Of a stretch of DNA of 64,000 nt, positions 57,838 through 64,000 are shown piece after piece. A program made the translations under genes and the position numbers. The number at the start of each line of letters is the position of its first letter. Position 1 is the stretch's first letter. The DNA is taken from positions 32,001-96,000 of IMG/VR virus record IMGVR_UViG_3300032770_000005, one strand, 5' to 3'. The notes below the pieces were generated by a model. The model saw nothing but the letters and a program-made list of their open reading frames with translations. It searched no databases and was not told where the DNA came from. The stretch is from a virus.

Positions 57838-58923
57838 GTGACCAAGCTCTCCAAGAAGCCCACGTATCTAGGATGTAAACAGGGTCCCACACTCAGTCAC
57901 GTTCGTACGGAGCCATGGGTATGCCGGCGGTGTGGAAAACAGGCATGCGCGCGCTGTGTCAAGCACTTTTGGAAGAGTTTAGGCGGTCACACCGAGCCAG
58001 AAGCCTCCGGGGGTTGGAGATTCGTGGGCCAACGAGTGGCCACATGCGCAACGTGTTCGCATGAGCTTGCGCAGACCAAGAAGACGATACGTAGCAACGT
58101 GCTCCTCGCCAAGCCGCCGAGAGTCGTCCATCGCCTCATCGACACGCGCGGCTTCCGACGTCTGTTCGGCCGAGCACCACGCGACTCCGACTACGAGGGC
58201 GTGCACACGACGGGCAGTCGGCTGATCGCCGGCGCGTACGCGATGAGCAGCTGGCACGACCCCCGCAGCTATCCCCGCGGCTACCCAGTCATCGTCACGC
58301 TCGACGTGAGCGGGCTCAAGCCGCTGCCCGACGTCGACGCCCTGCTCTTCGGCGCCCAGGCCGTCGCCGACCTCTTGCCGCAGTACCGCGAACGCGCCGC
58401 CGCCGGTGAGACCTTCTACGCGATGCTGAACGACGACGACTTCTCCGAGGCCGAGGTCCAGGTCGGCGACGATCCCGCCGCCTTCATCTTCGAGGACGTC
58501 GGTACGCATGTGCTGAACGCTATCGATGGGGAGCGAGACCCAGAAGCGGTGTTCCGGGAGTTCCTCAAGACCGGCGCGCTGCCCGACAGCGTGCTCACGC
58601 GTCTGGTCGATCAGCAGCGCTATCTCGACGACTTCGACCTCGACCGCGTCGTACGCGTCGAAGCGCTGCGTCCGTGGTGGCACGAGGTGCTGCACGCTGA
58701 TGACGAGATGATTCCGGCGATCGAACGGAGCGGCTACACGGTCTTCACGATCGATGACTGGCCGTTCACCGCTGTCGGCCCGACCAAGACGGTGTGGCAG
58801 GCGCCGGACGCCGAGGCGCGCGAGGACGTCGAGTACCACGGAACGACGAGCATCGTGATCTCGCTGGCGTTCCCTGGGCTCATCCCCGAGAAGTCGCCGT
58901 TTCCGATCGAGCAAGACGAATGA
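57838..58923 (+). CDS. Cys-rich N-terminal domain plus putative circularly permuted ART-fold domain
   Basis: CRRC/CARC/CATC; GVHTT..AGAYA..PVIVTLDV near the start, YHGTT..GLIP at the end. Confidence 0.55.
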   Translation: MTKLSKKPTYLGCKQGPTLSHVRTEPWVCRRCGKQACARCVKHFWKSLGGHTEPEASGGWRFVGQRVATCATCSHELAQTKKTIRSNVLLAKPPRVVHRLIDTRGFRRLFGRAPRDSDYEGVHTTGSRLIAGAYAMSSWHDPRSYPRGYPVIVTLDVSGLKPLPDVDALLFGAQAVADLLPQYRERAAAGETFYAMLNDDDFSEAEVQVGDDPAAFIFEDVGTHVLNAIDGERDPEAVFREFLKTGALPDSVLTRLVDQQRYLDDFDLDRVVRVEALRPWWHEVLHADDEMIPAIERSGYTVFTIDDWPFTAVGPTKTVWQAPDAEAREDVEYHGTTSIVISLAFPGLIPEKSPFPIEQDE

Positions 58924-59480
58924 CCGGGCGACGAGGCGACCCGTCGTACACGCCGCCGACCGACGAGGAGCGACGCCTCGGCTACTACCTCGACTGCGTC
59001 AGCTGCGGCCGCCCGTGGGCGCTGCGCAGCTGCGTGCCGCACTTGCATCGCTGCCGCTCCTGCGCTCGCTCGTGGTGGCGCGACTACCGCCAGGCGGCGC
59101 GCCAAGGGCTGCCGCGGCCGAGCCTGCTAGGGCAGATCGCGCCGCATCCCTTCGCCTCGAAGGCGCTGAACCGCACGGTCGATCTGAACGCTCCGGGGCT
59201 CCTCGACCTGGTCGAGCAGGACCCGAAGTTCGCGAAGGAGCTGGACGCGTACATCGCCAGCCTGCGGCACGCCGACAGCAGCAAGCCGCCGCTGCGCGGC
59301 GCGGCCCTGAGCCTATCGGGACGGCCGCGTCGCCGCGCCGTGCGCGTGCCGCTCGATGAAGACCCTACGCCCGAGCCGCCCATCTCCCGAGCGGCAGCCA
59401 AGGAGGTCGAGCGCCTGGTCGACGAGGTGCTCGTCGGCGACGTGATCGATGCCGGAGCGGTGCCGCGTCGGCGCGCGTGA
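58920..59480 (+). CDS. Zn-finger hypothetical protein
   Basis: CVSC..CRSC. Confidence 0.6.
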   Translation: MTGRRGDPSYTPPTDEERRLGYYLDCVSCGRPWALRSCVPHLHRCRSCARSWWRDYRQAARQGLPRPSLLGQIAPHPFASKALNRTVDLNAPGLLDLVEQDPKFAKELDAYIASLRHADSSKPPLRGAALSLSGRPRRRAVRVPLDEDPTPEPPISRAAAKEVERLVDEVLVGDVIDAGAVPRRRA

Positions 59481-59705
59481 GAGGCCTGCGCGGGGGCATG
59501 GTGCTCGCGACGCGCTCGCGACGAACCACGAGAGCCGGCGACGCGCCCATCCCGAAGCCAGCGCGGGGGCTTCGTGCCTGCGACTCGTGACGGAAGTTTC
59601 TCGTGGCTGACCTGTTGCATTCTGTCGAAAGGCCAGCGCGGAGGCTCTCATGTCCGCGACATGCAGTTCCACGACTGAGCCAGCGCGAGGGCTTGTGCTC
59701 GCGAC
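59476..59705 (+). CRISPR. orphan mini-array E, 4 repeats
   Basis: Repeat ends at 59511, 59584, 59660, 59705. Confidence 0.78.
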
Positions 59706-59778
59706 GGTGTCACGTTCACTGGCGCTTCTGCGACGCGATGCCCGCTAGCCGACGTCCGGCGCCCATGCGACGATCGCG

Positions 59779-60192
59779 GTGATGTTGTCCAACGGCAGCA
59801 GCTCCTCCTACGGGTCCAACGCGTACAACACCGCGTCCAACGCGCCGTACACGACTGGCACATGGTCCCGGTTCTACGACAACGGCGGCACGACCTGGTC
59901 TCGACAGCCGCCTCGCGTGGCCGACCGCAGGCTGAGCAAGGTCGGCGAGCGCATCCACCAGCGCCTCACGGAGATGGCCCGCCAGCTCGACCTGACCATC
60001 GACGAAACCGCCGTGCTCATGGAGGCCGAGGTCGCACGTCAGCATCGCGCGCTCCAGCTCCGCACGCTCGGCGTCGAGTGCCAGAGCACGCAGGCCCGGG
60101 CGACCGCTCGCCGACACCAGCGCCCAGCCGCGCCCACGGCCCAGGCACAGGCCGCGCTCTCCGTCAGGCGGTTCGCGCAGAGGGTGCGCTGA
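59779..60192 (+). CDS. hypothetical protein
   Basis: Codon usage. Confidence 0.55.
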   Translation: MMLSNGSSSSYGSNAYNTASNAPYTTGTWSRFYDNGGTTWSRQPPRVADRRLSKVGERIHQRLTEMARQLDLTIDETAVLMEAEVARQHRALQLRTLGVECQSTQARATARRHQRPAAPTAQAQAALSVRRFAQRVR

Positions 60193-61133
60193 TGCGCAAG
60201 AACCCGCGGCCGCCCCTCGCTCCCGACTTCGACGAGCTGGTGCGCATCTGGTTGCAGCGCCGCGACGACTTCAAGCTGTGCGCCGAGCTGTCGAACGTCG
60301 CGCCGCCACACTTGAGGATCTGGCCCGAGAAGCGCGGCTACGGATGCTTCGCAGAGGTCAGCCCGACACACAAGCGCGTCGTCATGTACCGGCGCGGCTT
60401 CCTCGACCGGCCCACCGACATCGCGGCGATGGCCTTGGTCGCCGAGACGGGGCTGCTGGACGACTACGAGATCTTCGAGACCGACGAGGTGACCAACGAG
60501 CTGGTGCCCGTAGGGCTCACGATGCGCTCGCTGCTCTCTGCGATCCACGAGGTGCAGGAAGAGAGCATCGTCCGACACGATCCTCGAAGCGATCTGCCCG
60601 ACGAGCCGCGCACGTTCAAGTACCTCGCGCGGTACAGCCCGCAGGAGATGGAGTGGTACCACGCGACGCTCGCCTCCCGCGTGCCTTCAATCTTGAAGCA
60701 CGGCCTGTTGCCGTCCTCGCTCCAGGAAGGGCGGGTCGAAGGCTGGTCGCCTAGCTGGAACTTCGGCCTCCAGCCGGCCGTGTACCTCACGGCCTACGAG
60801 GACCGAGCCGCGAGGATTGCCGAGACGCTGGCGCTGCGCAACGCGGAGCCCGCGACCCTGCTGGTCGTCGACGGTGCGGGCCTGATCGACACCAAGCTCC
60901 TCACCTACGACGAAGATGCTCTACGCAACGAGTTCTCGTCGTACCCGTACTACGAGCACTACGACCAAGCCTTCCCGCAGTGGGTCACGAGCGCCGAGCA
61001 TCGCGGCACCGAGTCCATCGCCTACCTCGGCCGCATCGGGCCTTCCGCAATCCACCCGCTCGCCACCGTGCGCCTGGTCGAGCACGATGGCGAGGTCGAT
61101 CTGGAGTGGGACGATGAGCAAGACCGAGACTGA
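60192..61133 (+). CDS. Tpt1/KptA-like ADP-ribosyltransferase-fold protein
   Basis: WYHAT...SILKHGLLP, AVYLT...A, LLVVD, YLGRIGPSAI. Confidence 0.72.
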   Translation: MRKNPRPPLAPDFDELVRIWLQRRDDFKLCAELSNVAPPHLRIWPEKRGYGCFAEVSPTHKRVVMYRRGFLDRPTDIAAMALVAETGLLDDYEIFETDEVTNELVPVGLTMRSLLSAIHEVQEESIVRHDPRSDLPDEPRTFKYLARYSPQEMEWYHATLASRVPSILKHGLLPSSLQEGRVEGWSPSWNFGLQPAVYLTAYEDRAARIAETLALRNAEPATLLVVDGAGLIDTKLLTYDEDALRNEFSSYPYYEHYDQAFPQWVTSAEHRGTESIAYLGRIGPSAIHPLATVRLVEHDGEVDLEWDDEQDRD

Positions 61134-62454
61134 GGACGCGCAGCTGCAACTCGTGGGCGATGCCCTCCTCCGGTTCGCGGCGGAGTTCCCTGGTCGCGTC
61201 TTCACGAACGCGTACACATGGGTCTGGGGCGCCGGCAGATACGTCTCCATCCATGGCGCGCTCGTGGGCAGCGCACGCAAGGTCGCCGCCTACTTCGGTC
61301 ACATGGCGACCATGAACGAGGAGCACGAGTTCGGCATGAGCGGCCAGGTGCTCGATCACATCGCTCGCCGCGTGTTCGGCGCCGACGCCGACATCTTCCG
61401 GTACGAGCGCCGTGTGCACCTAGCAGAGTTCCTCCAGCGCCTGGCGAACCTGATGCCGGAGGAGGCGACGCTGACCTTCATCCCCGACGGCGGCTACCCG
61501 TGGCCCGTCGATCGGTACTGGAACGCACGGCTTGAGCGGTTCGTGCGGCCCAAGGAGCCCGCGGGGCTGATCCACGTGCCGTCGCGCGAAAACCCGACCA
61601 AGACCGAGCTGGGGCTCGATCCGTGCACGGTGTTCGAGGCAGATCGCGATACGCCGGTCTCTCCGTACGACCCGGTGATGGGCAGCCTTGGCGGCGATCC
61701 TCTCATGGCCGCGCACTCGATGGACCTCCACGAAGGGCCCACCATGGCCAACGCACCGAAGATTCGGCAATGCGGTGGTCTGCTGTTCCCGTCGCTCTCG
61801 GTCGGTCCGGTCCCGGCCTCGAACTTCGGCCACGCATGCCTCGTGGCTCGCCTCAGCCTGGTGCTCGACGGCCTCAAGCCCTACCGCAAGCGCGGGACTG
61901 AAGAGCAGGTCTGGATCTACCCGACCGACGTGTGGACTGGCACCGTGACGCAGTTCATGACCTCGATGGCCAGCGACCTGTTCGACGAGCTGCACGGTCA
62001 CGCCGACTACGTCTACGGGCATGGCCTGACGGTGCTGGGGATCCCGGCGGTCGAGTACGGCGGTCCTTCCGGCGGTGCGGAGGCGTTCGACTCGACGAGC
62101 CAGCTCAAGCGGACCCTCAAGAAGCGCATGGTGCGATGGATGCGGGTCTGCAACGAGCGCGAGTTCGAGGAACTGGCGCACGAACTCGGCGGCACGGGGG
62201 CGTACTACGCCTACTGCGAGGCGAAGGGGCGAACGGTCGTCTCGCTGAGCGAGTTCCCGTACCTGATCGTACCGGACTGGATGCGCGACAAGGCGGAGCA
62301 CTGGGCGCAAGCGGCGGGGTTCGAGGGGCAGATCGTAGCGCCGCAGTGGCCGTACACGCTCGACAGGGGCGGCGGAAGCTGGGACATGTGGCAGTGGGCT
62401 CTGAAGGTGAGCGAGACCGTCGCCGGTCTACGCCCGGTCGTGGAGGTGCGCTGA
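61114..62454 (+). CDS. hypothetical protein with a module reminiscent of large polyvalent proteins
   Basis: GGLLFPSLSV..FG..LV..IY..DVWT and YCEAK.R.V..SEF motifs (recalled similarity only). Confidence 0.5.
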   Translation: MSKTETEDAQLQLVGDALLRFAAEFPGRVFTNAYTWVWGAGRYVSIHGALVGSARKVAAYFGHMATMNEEHEFGMSGQVLDHIARRVFGADADIFRYERRVHLAEFLQRLANLMPEEATLTFIPDGGYPWPVDRYWNARLERFVRPKEPAGLIHVPSRENPTKTELGLDPCTVFEADRDTPVSPYDPVMGSLGGDPLMAAHSMDLHEGPTMANAPKIRQCGGLLFPSLSVGPVPASNFGHACLVARLSLVLDGLKPYRKRGTEEQVWIYPTDVWTGTVTQFMTSMASDLFDELHGHADYVYGHGLTVLGIPAVEYGGPSGGAEAFDSTSQLKRTLKKRMVRWMRVCNEREFEELAHELGGTGAYYAYCEAKGRTVVSLSEFPYLIVPDWMRDKAEHWAQAAGFEGQIVAPQWPYTLDRGGGSWDMWQWALKVSETVAGLRPVVEVR

Positions 62455-63890
62455 TGTTGCTGCAAGACGCTACGTCGGAACGGGAGGTCGAGGAAGTGCT
62501 GGCCGGCGCGCGTGGCGACGAGGAAGCCGCCGAGCTGCGGACCGACATCGAGACCGAGCTGGACTACGCCATGCGGCGGTTCGACGAGCACTTCTACAAG
62601 TACGTCGAGCCATCTGAGCCGACGGAGCTGCGGGACTTCGTGCAAGACAACGATGGATTCATCGACGAGCTAATCAGCGACAGCGCGCAGACCACGTACG
62701 ACCTATCGATCGTCCCGCGTGAGGACGTGGTCACCGCGGTGCGCTGGGAGGTGACGTCGCGACGGTCCTCATACAAGCATAGGTTTGGGATCTTCGAGTT
62801 GGGCGAGCCGCGAGACGTCGACGCATCGGGCTTCAGCTACGACATGCCCACCGAAGCGAACGTCGTCTTTCCCGACAGGCTCCTGCCGACCAACTACGAG
62901 TTCGTGCCACGCGAGATGGCGACGGAGTTCTGGAAGGGCATTGCGCATGACCACGACATCGAGTGGTACGGCGACACGGACCGGTTGGGTGACAACCAGG
63001 GCTCGATGCCGGGCGAGCCGCTCCGTATCGGCGTCGCGGAAGATCGCTTCGAGGAGTGGTGCCGCGACCTGATCGCCGAGCACGCGAACAAGATCGCAGA
63101 GCAGCATCCGGACCAGCTCATCGAGATGTTCTGGACTCGGCTCCGTCAATCCGATGTCCGGATGGCAGCCGAGTTCAAGGCGATGCAGCCGCGGCGGGAG
63201 GACGTGCTCGACCTGGCCGTGCAGTGGATCAGCGGCAACCACGACGATGTCGCCGAGGAGATCGCGCAGTACCTCGACTCGGCCAAGGAGCGCGGGGAGG
63301 CAGAGAAAGCGGAGTACGAGCCCGTCGACTCGCTCCTGACCGGCGAGCCCATCGTGCTCAACGACGACGTGCTGCGGCAGCTGGGCGTCACGAGCGGCGT
63401 GTTCTGGGAGGAGCGCCCGTGGCACCTCGTGAGGCTCGAAGCGCGTGACCTAGGTCGCGAGGGCCGGCAGATGCGGCACTGCGTCGGCGACAAGGGCATG
63501 GGCTACATCCGTGCGCTCAACAACGGCGAGATCGAAGTCTGGTCTCTGCGCTCCCGCGACGACAAGCCGCGGTTCACGCTCCAGGTCGACGCGTCGTTCT
63601 TCGCGAAGGGCGCGACGCCAGAGACGCGCGGCAAGGCGATCCAACAGGTCAAGGGCAAGGCGAACCGGGTGCCGGGCTATGCCGACGCGTACGGCCGCTC
63701 GGGGAACGTGAAGTTCCCGGAGGAGATCGTCATCTGGAGCTGGATCTTCGAGCAGCTCATGGTCGATCCGCTCGTCGTCGAAGACTTCAAGGGCTACAAG
63801 GCGCTTCCCTCGCGTGCTACGCCGCTCGCGTCGAACATGACTGGCCAGCAGTGCGTGGGCTTCGATCTGCCGTACCGACCGCTGCGATGA
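62454..63890 (+). CDS. acidic protein with C-terminal PcfJ-like domain
   Basis: LGREGRQMRHCVG, VWSLR...PRFTLQV, QVKGKAN. Confidence 0.75.
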   Translation: MLLQDATSEREVEEVLAGARGDEEAAELRTDIETELDYAMRRFDEHFYKYVEPSEPTELRDFVQDNDGFIDELISDSAQTTYDLSIVPREDVVTAVRWEVTSRRSSYKHRFGIFELGEPRDVDASGFSYDMPTEANVVFPDRLLPTNYEFVPREMATEFWKGIAHDHDIEWYGDTDRLGDNQGSMPGEPLRIGVAEDRFEEWCRDLIAEHANKIAEQHPDQLIEMFWTRLRQSDVRMAAEFKAMQPRREDVLDLAVQWISGNHDDVAEEIAQYLDSAKERGEAEKAEYEPVDSLLTGEPIVLNDDVLRQLGVTSGVFWEERPWHLVRLEARDLGREGRQMRHCVGDKGMGYIRALNNGEIEVWSLRSRDDKPRFTLQVDASFFAKGATPETRGKAIQQVKGKANRVPGYADAYGRSGNVKFPEEIVIWSWIFEQLMVDPLVVEDFKGYKALPSRATPLASNMTGQQCVGFDLPYRPLR

Positions 63891-63925
63891 CGGCCGTTGG
63901 CATGTGAGCAGTGCAGGTGCTATCG

Positions 63926-64000
63926 CAGCATGCGCCAGCGCGAGGGCCTGGTGCTCGCGACCAGGCCTGAAGAGCCCTGCGGTCACGAAGCCTGCGCAGG
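63926..64000 (+). CRISPR. start of orphan array F (cut by the window end)
   Basis: GCCAGCGCGAGGGCCTGGTGCTCGCGAC ending at 63961, second repeat from about 63982. Confidence 0.7.

Noticed and set aside
4858-63961. REP/BIME or MITE interpretation of the dispersed repeats
   Set aside because: Copies are head-to-tail with unique spacers and match the cas-adjacent array; no REP transposase seen
1-64000. tRNA/rRNA genes, cas1/cas2/cas4, capsid, terminase
   Set aside because: None recognised by eye; element type therefore remains an inference

Overview
Very GC-rich (about 70% by eye), gene-dense, mostly + strand region that looks like part of a large virus, prophage or other mobile element of a Myxococcota-like host. 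It has no housekeeping synteny and many small hypothetical genes. Recognisable products include beta-helix/fibre-like proteins, a muramidase, a tyrosine recombinase, ParB-like and UvrD proteins, a glycosylation cluster, kinases, a phosphatase, ART-fold proteins and a DUF2829/Tad2-like protein. No capsid or terminase gene was recognised. The central system is a compact Cas12m (type V-U1)-like effector (25349-27214, 621 aa, apparently intact RuvC D-E-D) followed by a 14-repeat CRISPR array, with no cas1/2/4 in the window. The same 36-nt repeat family is scattered over 7 more sites, about 55-60 copies in total, including one in-frame inside a CDS. These 'degenerate' copies keep a 6-bp helix through repeated compensatory substitutions. 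That suggests a genome-wide set of structurally conserved guide RNAs served by one effector type rather than simple decay. Other signals: a family of MSY-starting proteins with GLG/GMG motifs, a recurring TGTCnGACA palindrome, a structured RNA candidate inside one array, a circularly permuted ART fold and cassette-like gene junctions. All family calls come from motif recognition; no database search was run.
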